Shown: positions 20,291 to 30,830, numbered from the stretch's first letter. The stretch is 64,000 nucleotides of DNA from Armatimonadota bacterium (GCA_038248345.1 JBBRXO010000002.1:1-64000); one strand, 5' to 3'. Program-made: numbers and translations. The notes: generated by a model not told the origin, from the letters alone.

Positions 20291-23011
20291 TTATTTCTTA
20301 CTAATCAACGCGTATGTACCACTCGTGGTATTGTAGGTAGCTTCCATATTCAGTGTCTTCGCCAGGAAGCTTAACGGAACCATTGTACGGTTTCCAACAA
20401 TATGTGCCGGTCGTTTCAGGTCTATAATATCGCTATTCACCTTGGCTTGTGCTGATTCAATCTGGACATCAACAAATGACCCATTTGCCCAGGCATTCAC
20501 TGCCTGATTCTTCTCTAACCAGACTACTACGCCACCCTTGGCTTCAATCAGCATACGCATCGGCACCATCGCTACGTCATTCACTACATACGGTGATGGG
20601 TAATACGCGCCGCTGGCAATTACCGGCTTGTTATCTAAGTATATTCTTCCATTCGCCAACGGAACGATAATCTCCTTTTCCGGGACAAATTGAATTCCTG
20701 GGTTAAGCTGTTGTAACTCTACCGGGGAACTATGATATGCTTCTGCGATGGAATTGATCGAATCACCTTGTCTGATAATATAGCTGGACTGTGCGCTGAT
20801 ATTTGACCCTATCGGGGTTACATCGATATTTGTTGCAACTGGCACACTAGCAATAATCGTTGTAAAGTAACTCGCTGCCTCGGTATCGTTGGCTTGATAT
20901 GAGCGCGGTAGCTCACTGTAGCTGCTGATGCCAGGATAGTCAATGCTCATGTTAGCCGCACTGACTGATGGCAATGATGCTAATGACAACCAGGCAGGTC
21001 GGCTGAACGATGTGCCAGCTTTGGCATAGCCAGCAACTTCATTATGTCCCGGCTGGCCAGGGGTGATCTCATGGGTGCGGGTGGTAGAAGTGTAAGCGGC
21101 GTAATTGTTGACTTCACCATTCCCTGTCTGGCGGCGGGGCGCGGCAAACATCCCTTGCACCGGGGCAATGATTGTTCTTTCCGCTACTCCTGGAGTATTG
21201 GGGGATGCCGGTACACCGAAACTGGTTTCGCTCTTAATATTCCCAGCACCTACCGTTGAATATGCTTGCGGCGTCTTCGGCACATTCGGATTAATAGTCC
21301 GGGCATTTGCAACATCAGAAATCACCGCATTGTGTGCAGGCATTTTACTTCCCGGCGTTACCGCCAGGATAGTCATCGTCGAATTGTATTGAGGGGTTCC
21401 TACATTGGTTGATGCAGTGGCTACAGCTGGCGACATTGGAACAGCGTAGTTACTGCCTGAATAATTATTCCCGACTTTTATCGAGGCCATCAGTATCGGT
21501 AAGACTTTTTCGTCTGGTGATATCGGCCTACTATTAACCGCGCCCGCCACTATTGCAACATTTCCGGGTAATCCGGCTACCGGCTGCTCGGTGAGATTCA
21601 CCATCAAAGCATTATTTTGTGGGCTGCCCGAGGTGAGCAATTGGTGCGCTGGTGTGTCATTCAGGTTGATGTTCGGCATAGTTGTGGCCATTACCATTCC
21701 GAGTGGATTAGTCGAACCAATAGTTGTTCCACCGTTCGCAATGGCGGCATTCAGTACCGGTGTTGTAGCCAATGCCGGACTTACTTTGTTAACGATCTCC
21801 TTCGGCAATGTAGTATAGGTCGGAAATTCGCGGCCTAACATTGGATTCATGGCATCGACCGGAGCGCCGACCGTCAGCTGTGCTGGCGAATATGCATTGT
21901 AACCGACCGCCGGGACAATGATCGGATTGCGCATCGGTGTATATGACGTATAGGTATTCAATGGAGCCAGAGAATTTCCCTTATATGCCAATGCCATCGG
22001 GGTAGTTAACCCATATGCGCGCAATGGTGATGAGCTGGCAAATACGTTGTTCAGTGACTTATTACTTACAGGTACCAGCGCGATGAGATCCTGCAAAATG
22101 CCGGGGGTATACATCTTCGGGCGTGCTGACAGGCCATAAGCCAGCATGGGGACGCCGTAATCTGCGCGGGAGGCGAAGGGCATGTCATTTACGCTACCGA
22201 GCATTGTCGGATGGGATAACCCCAGATAATCATTTAGATTGATCGATTTCGTCGAAGGGTACAGGTTGTTTAAGAACGTCTCAACTCTCTGTGATGGATC
22301 GTGCCCTACTCTTACTGCGACCACCGGGCTGACTGCACGGTTATCAGATATATCGAGAGCTGAGGCGGATAGAACATATTCGCCGGGAGTTAGTTTCGCT
22401 TTAATTGGATCCCAGGAGATCGTGTATGGGTATTCACTGGTGATACCGTAGGGGACATTGTTGACATACACCGTGATATATTTGATGCCGGCATCACCTG
22501 ATGCTTCTACTTTAATATTTACCGGGCCGACGATCTCTGCCCCATTTGTCGGGCTGATGATCCGCACAGTAGGAGGAGTGACCTTCTTGGGAGCGATGGT
22601 ATTCTGCAGATAGAAACTCACCTGACGCTCCGCATAACGACCGCGGGTATCGGACAGGCGAATGTTAAATACGTGCGTACCAGGCTCCAACATCGGAGTA
22701 TAGACACTTAGATCACCGTCGATGCGGAAGGAATAAGACTGCCCCGGCTGGGCTTTGGCTAGATTAACATCACCCTTTATGAAGCGACGCCCATCGATGG
22801 TAGTCTCGTAATGATTAATTTGTGCGTCAATGGGATTGACGAACTGCACGGCCACCGGAAAGGCCGAAGTGGAGATGGGATTATTGGGCAACGGCAGTAA
22901 TAACTGCATTTGCATGCCACCATCTTGTGCCTGCACCGGAACGACCACGGCTAATAACGTGAGCGCGAGGGCAACTACAAACAACCCGAACTGAGATCGA
23001 CTTCCCATCAT
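20291..23011 (-). CDS. Secreted protein with Ig-like domains, long Pro/Ala/Thr-rich linker, LysM and copper-amine-oxidase-N (stalk) domain
   Basis: Signal peptide; PPTVRIISPTNGA...PYTISWD Ig repeat; YIIRQGDSINSIA...LNP LysM; MVPMR...V.W and RTMVPL stalk motifs. Confidence 0.75.
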   Translation of the reverse strand: MMGSRSQFGLFVVALALTLLAVVVPVQAQDGGMQMQLLLPLPNNPISTSAFPVAVQFVNPIDAQINHYETTIDGRRFIKGDVNLAKAQPGQSYSFRIDGDLSVYTPMLEPGTHVFNIRLSDTRGRYAERQVSFYLQNTIAPKKVTPPTVRIISPTNGAEIVGPVNIKVEASGDAGIKYITVYVNNVPYGITSEYPYTISWDPIKAKLTPGEYVLSASALDISDNRAVSPVVAVRVGHDPSQRVETFLNNLYPSTKSINLNDYLGLSHPTMLGSVNDMPFASRADYGVPMLAYGLSARPKMYTPGILQDLIALVPVSNKSLNNVFASSSPLRAYGLTTPMALAYKGNSLAPLNTYTSYTPMRNPIIVPAVGYNAYSPAQLTVGAPVDAMNPMLGREFPTYTTLPKEIVNKVSPALATTPVLNAAIANGGTTIGSTNPLGMVMATTMPNINLNDTPAHQLLTSGSPQNNALMVNLTEQPVAGLPGNVAIVAGAVNSRPISPDEKVLPILMASIKVGNNYSGSNYAVPMSPAVATASTNVGTPQYNSTMTILAVTPGSKMPAHNAVISDVANARTINPNVPKTPQAYSTVGAGNIKSETSFGVPASPNTPGVAERTIIAPVQGMFAAPRRQTGNGEVNNYAAYTSTTRTHEITPGQPGHNEVAGYAKAGTSFSRPAWLSLASLPSVSAANMSIDYPGISSYSELPRSYQANDTEAASYFTTIIASVPVATNIDVTPIGSNISAQSSYIIRQGDSINSIAEAYHSSPVELQQLNPGIQFVPEKEIIVPLANGRIYLDNKPVIASGAYYPSPYVVNDVAMVPMRMLIEAKGGVVVWLEKNQAVNAWANGSFVDVQIESAQAKVNSDIIDLKRPAHIVGNRTMVPLSFLAKTLNMEATYNTTSGTYALISKK

Positions 23012-23180
23012 AATTCCTCCTGGCGGCGCGGCTTACACCTGCGATCTATGACGTCTATTTTCCGACTCATAGCGGTTTGCCGATCCACTGGTTGTACACT
23101 ATTGTTTAAATTATCATAAGAACGGGTCTAAGTCAATATCTTTTTCAATGTTTGAGAAAATAGACAAGTCTTCATTTTTT

Positions 23181-23278
23181 GTTGGGGCACATGGCATGTG
23201 CCCTCTATACGGGATATGGGATTATATGACCAATTGTAAGGTATGATTACGACATGGGCACAAGCCTTTTGCCCCTAT
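23181..23278. repeat. REPIN-like element family A, copy 2
   Basis: Same two GGGCAC..GTGCCC palindromes and conserved spacer as 5398-5494. Confidence 0.8.
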
Positions 23279-23361
23279 AATCGGGTTGTTGTTTGCTTGC
23301 CGCTCAATTTTTCGGCTTACAATTATGTACAGATTCTCTGCGTGCCGATATTTCAACCCCA

Positions 23362-24465
23362 CTACCCCAGCACCTTCTCCAACGCGGCAACGAATTTTTT
23401 ATTTTCCGCTTCCGTCCCGAAGGTCACCCTGATCATTGTCGGGTAGCCGAAGATGTCGCCAGTGCGTACGATCACTCCCTGTTTCAGCAACTGCTGGAAC
23501 ACCTCACGGCACGGTTTGCCGGTATCTACCAGCACAAAGTTGGCCTCACTGGGGACGTAGGTAAGACCCAGCCGATCAAACGCGCCATAGAGCAGCACCT
23601 TGCCCGCTTCGTTGGCGGCGATACTACGCGGGATCTGCTCGGGATCGTTGAGGCTGGCGATGGCCGCCCACTGCGCCAGATTCGCCACGTTGAATGGCTC
23701 GCGCACCTGGTTCAACGCCGTCATCACCTCCGGGCGGCTACTCACTCCATAGCCGACGCGCAAACCTGCGAGGGCGTAGATCTTCGAAAAGGTGTGCAAC
23801 ACGATGACGTTTTTGCCCGCCTTCACATACTCCATCGCCGAACCAAAGGCCGGGTTGGTCGCATACTGATAATATGCCTCGTCCAGCACCACCAGCACGT
23901 GCTCCGGCACGCGTGCAATGAAGGAATCCACTTCCGCCTTAGTATTCACCGCTCCAGTGGGGTTGTGCGGGTTGGCGATATACAACAGTTTTGTGTTGGG
24001 GGTGATCGCTGCCAGCATCCCCTCCAGATCATGAGCGAAATCAGCGCGCAGCTCCACCTTCACCGGGACAGCGCCCATCAATAAGGTGCTGATCTCGTAC
24101 ATACTGAAAGGCGGGTCGCCCATCACCACTTCGTCGCCCGGCTCCAGATAGGCAGTGGCGAGGAAATGCATTACCTCGTCGCTGCCGCGTCCGGCGATTA
24201 TCTGCCCGGCTTCCACGCCGAGAGTAGCCGCCAGTGCTGTGCGTAATTCAAAGCTATCGTTATCGGGATAGAGGCGGACATCACGCAGGTGCTCCTGCAT
24301 CGCCGCAACTGCCAGCGGTGACGGCCCCAGCGGGTTCTCGTTCGACGCCAGTTTGATGATCGACTTCGGATCCAGTCCCAACTCACGTGCCACTTCCTCA
24401 ATCGGCTTCCCCGGCGAATACGGCGTAATCGCGTCAATAGCTGCTCTGTATGATGTCTTACTCAT
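23362..24465 (-). CDS. hisC: Histidinol-phosphate aminotransferase
   Basis: KLASNENPLG, NPHNPTG, DEAY, TFSKIYALAGLRVGY. Confidence 0.95.
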   Translation of the reverse strand: MSKTSYRAAIDAITPYSPGKPIEEVARELGLDPKSIIKLASNENPLGPSPLAVAAMQEHLRDVRLYPDNDSFELRTALAATLGVEAGQIIAGRGSDEVMHFLATAYLEPGDEVVMGDPPFSMYEISTLLMGAVPVKVELRADFAHDLEGMLAAITPNTKLLYIANPHNPTGAVNTKAEVDSFIARVPEHVLVVLDEAYYQYATNPAFGSAMEYVKAGKNVIVLHTFSKIYALAGLRVGYGVSSRPEVMTALNQVREPFNVANLAQWAAIASLNDPEQIPRSIAANEAGKVLLYGAFDRLGLTYVPSEANFVLVDTGKPCREVFQQLLKQGVIVRTGDIFGYPTMIRVTFGTEAENKKFVAALEKVLG

Positions 24466-24570
24466 TGGTTCTCCTATCGCATAACTCTTTGCACTATTTT
24501 ATCTCTTTCTCCTTTTAGAAGCAAACCATAAGGTCTGGTCAATCATTCAATAAAATGCTCTCTGTGCTTC

Positions 24571-24665
24571 TAATTCACAGGATTTCAGGATACGACAAAG
24601 ATATCAAGGATAAAATATATATCTTATCCTTCCAATACACACTATCCTGTATATCCTGTGAATTA
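24571..24665. repeat. Long imperfect inverted repeat of CAGGAT-type units
   Basis: taattcacaggatttcaggata...tatcctgtatatcctgtgaatta. Confidence 0.7.
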
Positions 24666-24676
24666 AAACTATACAA

Positions 24677-24709
24677 TCAACTGCTACGTAACAAACATTT
24701 AACAATTCG
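24677..24709 (+). promoter_or_regulatory. Candidate OmpR-family (GlnR/PhoP-type) 11-bp direct-repeat site upstream of amtB
   Basis: TCAAC, GTAACA, TTAACA at 24677, 24688, 24699. Confidence 0.45.
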
Positions 24710-24819
24710 ACACATCCCGGCAATCTGCGTACACAGCCGCGCAACATTGAGTGGATATCATATAAACGTAACCTTCACACTTGCGTGGAGATATTGTATC
24801 CAGAAAGGGAGGAGTAACG

Positions 24820-26346
24820 ATGAAAAAGATGAGAGAACACCTTGAAGGTATCTCGATGTGGCGACTGGCAATTCTGGTCGCTATGCTGCTGACGCTGGGC
24901 GCGGTAGCGATGGCACAGGGGGCAGGCGCTGATGTGCTGCCTATGGATGCGCAAGCCATTACCGATGCTGTAAAAGATGCGAAGTCCGCTGGTGTTTCAG
25001 CGGGAGATACCGCGTGGATGCTCATGGCCACCGCGCTGGTACTCCTCATGACTCCGGGGCTGGCGCTCTTCTACGCAGGTATGGTACGCCGCAAGAATGC
25101 ACTCGGAACTATCATGCAAAGCTTTATGGCCATGGCAGTCATCAGCATTCAATGGGTATTGATCGGCTACACGCTGGCCTTTGGCCCCACCATTAACGGG
25201 TGGATCGGCGGCATGTCGTGGGCAGGTTTGAACGGCGTCACCGGCGTGCCCAATGCCGATTATGCGGCGACCATTCCGCACTTGGTCTTTATGGCGTTCC
25301 AAATGATGTTCGCCATCATCACCCCGGCGCTCATCTTCGGCGCAGTGGCAGAACGTATGAAGTTCAAGGCTTTCATAATCTTCCTGCTGCTCTGGGCGAC
25401 CATTATCTATGATCCGCTGGCACACTGGGTATGGGGCTTCAACGGCTTGTTGCGCCCTGGGCAATTATTCGCCCAACTTGGCTTCGGCAGTGGCGCCATG
25501 GCTTTGGACTTCGCTGGTGGTCTAGTAGTGCACATCTCGGCTGGTATCACCGCACTGGTGGCAGCGCTGGTACTCGGCAAGCGCCGCGGCTATCCGCATG
25601 AACCAATGCCACCGCACAACCTGCCCATGACCGTTCTCGGCGCTGCTCTCTTATGGTTCGGTTGGTTCGGCTTCAATGCCGGCTCTGCTCTGGGAGCCAA
25701 TGGATTGGCGGGCTACGCCTTCGTCAACACCAATACCGCCACTGCCGCTGCAGTACTGGCCTGGGTATTTATCGAATGGATGCACCATGGCAAGCCGACT
25801 GTCCTCGGTGCGGCCTCCGGCGCGGTGGCTGGCCTGGTCGCCATTACCCCTGCTGCTGGCTTTATTCAACCGTGGGCGGCCATCCTTATCGGCCTGGCGG
25901 CTGGTGGTATCTGTTACGGAGCCGTCAATCTGCGCTTCAAGCTCGGATACGATGACAGCCTCGACGCTTTTGGCGTACACGGCATCGGTGGTATGCTCGG
26001 CGCTATTCTCACCGGTGTCTTCGCCACCACCGCAGTCAACCCGGCGGGCGCCAACGGACTGCTCTACGGCAACCCGGCGCAATTGGGAATCCAATTGTTA
26101 TCGGTTTTGATCTCGGTAGTATTCTGCGGCGTGGGCGCATTCCTGCTGCTCAAGCTTACCAGTCTGGTCACCGGCGGCCTGCGCCTCTCCAAGGCCGAGG
26201 AAGCCGAAGGTATGGATATCAGCGAACACGGCGAGAATGGCTACAACCTGGGCGACATCCCACTGGGACACGGCGGCAGCCCCGCCCCGGTAGGCCATCA
26301 CCCCGCCCCCATTCCCTCGCTGGCAGCAGCGAAGGCCATGGAGTAA
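24820..26346 (+). CDS. amtB: Ammonium transporter
   Basis: GDTAWML, FQMMFAIITPALI.GA.AER, DFAGG..VH, DDSLDAFGVHG; GGAGGA before ATG 24820. Confidence 0.97.
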   Translation: MKKMREHLEGISMWRLAILVAMLLTLGAVAMAQGAGADVLPMDAQAITDAVKDAKSAGVSAGDTAWMLMATALVLLMTPGLALFYAGMVRRKNALGTIMQSFMAMAVISIQWVLIGYTLAFGPTINGWIGGMSWAGLNGVTGVPNADYAATIPHLVFMAFQMMFAIITPALIFGAVAERMKFKAFIIFLLLWATIIYDPLAHWVWGFNGLLRPGQLFAQLGFGSGAMALDFAGGLVVHISAGITALVAALVLGKRRGYPHEPMPPHNLPMTVLGAALLWFGWFGFNAGSALGANGLAGYAFVNTNTATAAAVLAWVFIEWMHHGKPTVLGAASGAVAGLVAITPAAGFIQPWAAILIGLAAGGICYGAVNLRFKLGYDDSLDAFGVHGIGGMLGAILTGVFATTAVNPAGANGLLYGNPAQLGIQLLSVLISVVFCGVGAFLLLKLTSLVTGGLRLSKAEEAEGMDISEHGENGYNLGDIPLGHGGSPAPVGHHPAPIPSLAAAKAME

Positions 26347-26367
26347 CCGGGGGAACCAAAAGGACGT

Positions 26368-26824
<457 letters not shown>

Positions 26825-26847
26825 CGAACAACTGAATACGGTCTGAA

Positions 26848-26886
26848 CAGCAGGGTCTACTCCATCGGGGTAGGCCCTGCTGGTTT
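26848..26886 (+). terminator. Hairpin after glnK
   Basis: cagcagggtctactcc-atc-ggggtaggccctgctg followed by gttt. Confidence 0.6.
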
Positions 26887-26895
26887 GATGAACCC

Positions 26896-26981
26896 CTGAG
26901 AACGCCAATCTCCGCATTGGCCCGTAGCCCGCGCCCGCCGTGGCGCGTGTCAAGTTGCACGCAGGATGCGTGCGCTCCCAG
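26896..26981. repeat. REP-like inverted pair with CTGRGARCGC-type ends
   Basis: ctgagaacgccaatctccgcattggc ... gcacgcaggatgcgtgcgctcccag; single copy in window. Confidence 0.45.
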
Positions 26982-27049
26982 CAACCTACCTCCCACCTCC
27001 AGTTGACGTCACCCCCTCATTACCCGCATAATTTACCGGGGGACTTATT

Positions 27050-28798
27050 GTGGATTTAATATTGACGGGGAATCAGGCTATTGCGCGTGCTGCACGCGAT
27101 GCGGGGGTGGCGTTGGGGGTCGGGTATCCGGGCACGCCCTCTACTGAGGTTTTGGAGACGCTGGTGACACTGGAGGGTGGACACGCGCAGTGGGCACCCA
27201 ATGAGAAGGTGGCGCTGGAGGTGGGCATCGGGGTATCCTTCGGCGGGGCGCGCGCGCTGGTGACGATGAAGCATGTGGGCGTGAATGTCGCCGCGGACCC
27301 GCTTTTCACCGCTGCCTACACGGGCGTTGCCGGTGGACTGGTGGTGATGGCCGCCGATGACCCCGGCATGCACTCCTCGCAGAATGAGCAGGACAGCCGC
27401 CACTTCGCCCGCGCGGCCAAGCTGCCGATGCTGGAGCCGTCGGACTCGCAGGAGGCCTACGATTTCACCCGCCTGGCTTTCCAGCTCTCCGAAGAGTACG
27501 ACACCCCGATAATGCTGCGCACCACCACACGCCTCTCGCACGGCAAAAGCACCGTCCACGAGGCACCCGCGGAGACTGACCTGCCGGCACCGGTAGCGCC
27601 GCAGAACCCGCAGAAATACGTGATGGTCCCCGGCTTTGCCCGCGCCCGCCACCTGGTGGTGGAAGACCGGCAGGTGCGTATCCAGGAATGGGCGGAGAGC
27701 GCGGATATCACCAAAACCGAATACCGCGATAAAAAGATCGGCATCATCACCAGCGGCGTCACCTACCAGTACGTGCGCGATGTCGCCCCGGAGGCGAGTA
27801 CGCTGAAGCTGGGCATGGTGAACCCGCTGCCGATGGCGGCAATTATCGCTTTTGCCAAAGAGATTGAAACCTTATATGTAGTAGAGGAGCTGGACCCGAT
27901 TATTGAAGAACAGGTACGCGCTGCCGGTATCACTGTCATCGGCAAGGCGAACTTCCCCATCTTCGGCGAGCTGCTCCCCGGCATTATTGCCAAAGGCTTG
28001 GGGCTAGAAGTGAAACCCTCTGCTACTGCCACCTCTGGTCTGCCCACGCGCCCGCCCAGCCTCTGCCCCGGCTGCCCGCATCGTGGCGTTTTCCTGCTGT
28101 TAAAGAAAAACGGGCTGACGGTGAGTGGTGACATCGGTTGCTATACGCTGGGCGTCTTCGCCCCTCTCAATGCCATGGACACCTGCGTCTGCATGGGCGC
28201 ATCGGTCGGCGTGGCGCATGGGCTGGAGCGCGCGGGGCTGGATCCCGCGAAAATCGTTGGCGTCATCGGCGATAGCACTTTCCTGCATAGCGGCATCACC
28301 GGCGTGCTGGATATGGTGTACAACGGCTCCCACGGCACTATCATGATCCTGGACAATAGCATCACCGCCATGACGGGGCGGCAGCAGCATCCAGGCACCG
28401 GCAAGACCCTCGACGGCATGCCCGCCCCCTCTGTTGACCTGGAAGGCCTACTGAAATCCCTCGGTGTACAGGATGTGACAGTGCTCGACCCCTACGATTT
28501 AGCCAACACCGAGGCAGAGCTTAAGCGCGCGCTGGCCTATCCCGGTGTCTCGGTAATCATCGCCCGTCGTCCGTGTATGCTCATCCCGCATGAGATTCGG
28601 CCCAAGCTCACGGTAGACGCCGACCTCTGCAAGCGCTGCGGCAAGTGCCTACGCCTGGGGTGCCCGGCCACCGGCAAAATAGCCGAGGAGTACAACGGCA
28701 AAACCCGCTACCTGCCGGTAATTGACGCGCAACTCTGCAACGGTTGCGGCGTCTGTGCGCAACTGTGCGCCTTTGGGGCGTTGAAGGTAAAGGAATAA
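27050..28798 (+). CDS. iorA: Indolepyruvate:ferredoxin oxidoreductase alpha subunit
   Basis: GNQAIAR, YPGTPSTE, NEKVALE, MKHVG.NVAAD, CPGCPHR, GDIGCY, C-terminal ferredoxin. Confidence 0.95.
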   Translation: MDLILTGNQAIARAARDAGVALGVGYPGTPSTEVLETLVTLEGGHAQWAPNEKVALEVGIGVSFGGARALVTMKHVGVNVAADPLFTAAYTGVAGGLVVMAADDPGMHSSQNEQDSRHFARAAKLPMLEPSDSQEAYDFTRLAFQLSEEYDTPIMLRTTTRLSHGKSTVHEAPAETDLPAPVAPQNPQKYVMVPGFARARHLVVEDRQVRIQEWAESADITKTEYRDKKIGIITSGVTYQYVRDVAPEASTLKLGMVNPLPMAAIIAFAKEIETLYVVEELDPIIEEQVRAAGITVIGKANFPIFGELLPGIIAKGLGLEVKPSATATSGLPTRPPSLCPGCPHRGVFLLLKKNGLTVSGDIGCYTLGVFAPLNAMDTCVCMGASVGVAHGLERAGLDPAKIVGVIGDSTFLHSGITGVLDMVYNGSHGTIMILDNSITAMTGRQQHPGTGKTLDGMPAPSVDLEGLLKSLGVQDVTVLDPYDLANTEAELKRALAYPGVSVIIARRPCMLIPHEIRPKLTVDADLCKRCGKCLRLGCPATGKIAEEYNGKTRYLPVIDAQLCNGCGVCAQLCAFGALKVKE

Positions 28799-28801
28799 AT
28801 C

Positions 28802-29392
28802 ATGCCATTAACAACGAACATCTTGATAGTAGGCGTAGGCGGGCAGGGGATTGTGCTGGCCGGGGATGTCATCGGGCTGGCGGCGCGGCTGAGTGGGTTG
28901 GAGGCGAAAGCTTCCGAGATTCACGGTATGTCGCAACGCGGCGGGTCGGTGGTCTCCGAGGTGCGCTATGGGATACATGTCTCCTCGCCGCTGATTCCCC
29001 CGCCCGGCGCCAACTTTGTGCTGGCTTTCGAGATGCTGGAGGCGCTGCGCGGGCTGGAGCGGATGCGCCCCGGCGGGCTGGTTATCGCCAACCGGCAGCG
29101 CATCACCCCGGCGTCGGTCACCTACGGCAGCGCCGTCTACCCGGAGGACGCCGAGGAGCAACTGCTGGCCGCCTGCCCCAAAGCGGTGATCATCGACGCA
29201 CTGGCGGAGGCGCAAGCCGCGGGCAACGCGCGCGCCGTAAATAGCGTACTGCTGGGGATGCTGGCGCACCACACGGCACTACCGCGCCAGAACTGGGAAA
29301 CAGCGCTGGCGCAGACCGTGAAGCCACAGTATGTAGAGGTAAACCTCGCCGCTTTCGCGCGCGGGTATGAGCGGGCGGAGCGTAATGTATAG
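28802..29392 (+). CDS. iorB: Indolepyruvate:ferredoxin oxidoreductase beta subunit
   Basis: GVGGQG, EIHGMSQRGGSV, SPLIP. Confidence 0.95.
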   Translation: MPLTTNILIVGVGGQGIVLAGDVIGLAARLSGLEAKASEIHGMSQRGGSVVSEVRYGIHVSSPLIPPPGANFVLAFEMLEALRGLERMRPGGLVIANRQRITPASVTYGSAVYPEDAEEQLLAACPKAVIIDALAEAQAAGNARAVNSVLLGMLAHHTALPRQNWETALAQTVKPQYVEVNLAAFARGYERAERNV

Positions 29393-29402
29393 TGCATAAC
29401 AG

Positions 29403-29431
29403 ACCCAACTACCGCTATGCGGTAGTTGGGT
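29403..29431. terminator. Perfect hairpin after iorB
   Basis: acccaactaccgc-tat-gcggtagttgggt. Confidence 0.55.
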
Positions 29432-29527
29432 TCACTGCACATAGCGATGATTTTTTGCCATTTCCTCCACAAACTTTTAAATACCGTGATATAATATTGC
29501 ATTAGTATCCTACCCGGGAGGTCTATC

Positions 29528-30304
29528 ATGCGATACAAGATATCCATGCCACGCGGCTTCGGCGTTGTAGAGGCGATTATTGTCGTTGCTGCGTTGGTGA
29601 TAGTAGCCGTTATCCTGTTCCCGGTATTAACGCCAAGCAATCAAAAAAATACCACGGCACTTCACTGCACGAATAACCAACGCCAGATCGCCCTTGCATG
29701 GTCGGAGTATGTCCAACGACATGATGAAACCTTCCCTGATGCCAGTATTGCCTGGACCCTATTTAAAAAAGAAAATGCACCAGTTTATAGATGCCCAGAT
29801 CATAGTGCTGCAGTGAATGGATACGTGTTCAATGCGAGACTCAGCTAAAGAAAGCTGAGCGATCTTAGCTATCCCCTCTCAACCACTTGTTTCTTAACTG
29901 CTGACGGAAAAAGCAGTGAAATTTCTGGGACATACGCCAATGTAGCCTATGATCAAACGAATATTGATATGAAGCGGCACAAACCTTATTTTTGTAGTAG
30001 CTTCTTAGATGGTCATGTAGAATATTTGAAGGGGAAGGATATCACCACCTGGCTCTCAGCAAAGAGCCAGCAATACACGTCGCAGACTTGCCCAGCCGGG
30101 GTGGCACAGCCGGTTACCACCACCTTCGCATCGGCAACCTGGGCTGTGACCAGTGGCGTGGTGGATGACGTGAGCGGGCTGCCGAAGGCGGATATGCTGG
30201 GTGGGGACGTGACCTTTAGCAAGGCGGGTAGCTATACCATTACCGCCACCGGGTCGGCGGTGGTTGCGCCACCTACTACGGTTTATGAGTTCAGGGTGAA
30301 GTAA
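29528..30304 (+). pseudogene. Prepilin-type N-terminal cleavage / DUF1559 / H-X9-DG protein with in-frame TAA at codon 107 (29846-29848)
   Basis: G|FGVVE cleavage motif, C.NN.RQI.LA...Y...HDE.FP; the same frame resumes after TAA to H-KPYFCSSFL-DG and an Ig-like tail. Confidence 0.8.
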
Positions 30305-30309
30305 GAAGT

Positions 30310-30494
30310 CCCCGTAGCATGGGCGTCCCACCCATGAGAACGGGGATTAACACCACGCGCTAAAGCACGTGGCTATAAGATCATGCATCCTGAAGGGCGC
30401 TGGACATTCGATTCCGAAAAGTCCGCGAAGGCGAACGAACGGCGCGTAGCGCCCTGCAGCCGGGATTTCAATCCCAGCGGAAAGAGGTTTTGCA
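30310..30494 (+). repeat. Composite multi-hairpin element family B, copy 1
   Basis: Near reverse complement of 38437-38629 and 47951-48090. Confidence 0.8.
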
Positions 30495-30515
30495 TTTACC
30501 TCAAATGTGGTATGG

Positions 30516-30606
30516 CAGGAATATCGTTTTTAGCGATAATCCGTCCTCCCTGGCCTGACCATGAACGACCAGGCGAACAGGAGGGACGCTAAAAAATCTA
30601 TACTTG
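30516..30606. repeat. Inverted-repeat element with CAGGARTATCGTTTTTAGCG end
   Basis: Same 20-nt end at 56151-56195. Confidence 0.6.
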
Positions 30607-30710
30607 GGGGAGGTATGGACAGTATCTCATATTGCTGATATTCTATCCTTATTATGTGGACGAGATATCTCTATATAATGTTATTGTTATATTTCTCTAT
30701 GGGGTGAAAA

Positions 30711-30811
30711 TCTGATGTCGCAGAAACCCTTAGCCCAGCCGTTCACGAATATGCGCCAGGCTATCGTATTGAACACTCGAAAACCAGCCTTGAAACTTGG
30801 GACTTAAAACT
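30711..30811 (+). repeat. Element family C upstream of paaK
   Basis: tctgatgtcgc...ttgaacact..aaaacc...cttgaaacttgg; shared with 37870-38003 and 40397-40483. Confidence 0.6.
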
Positions 30812-30830
30812 GTCTTGCAGGAGAAAAGCC

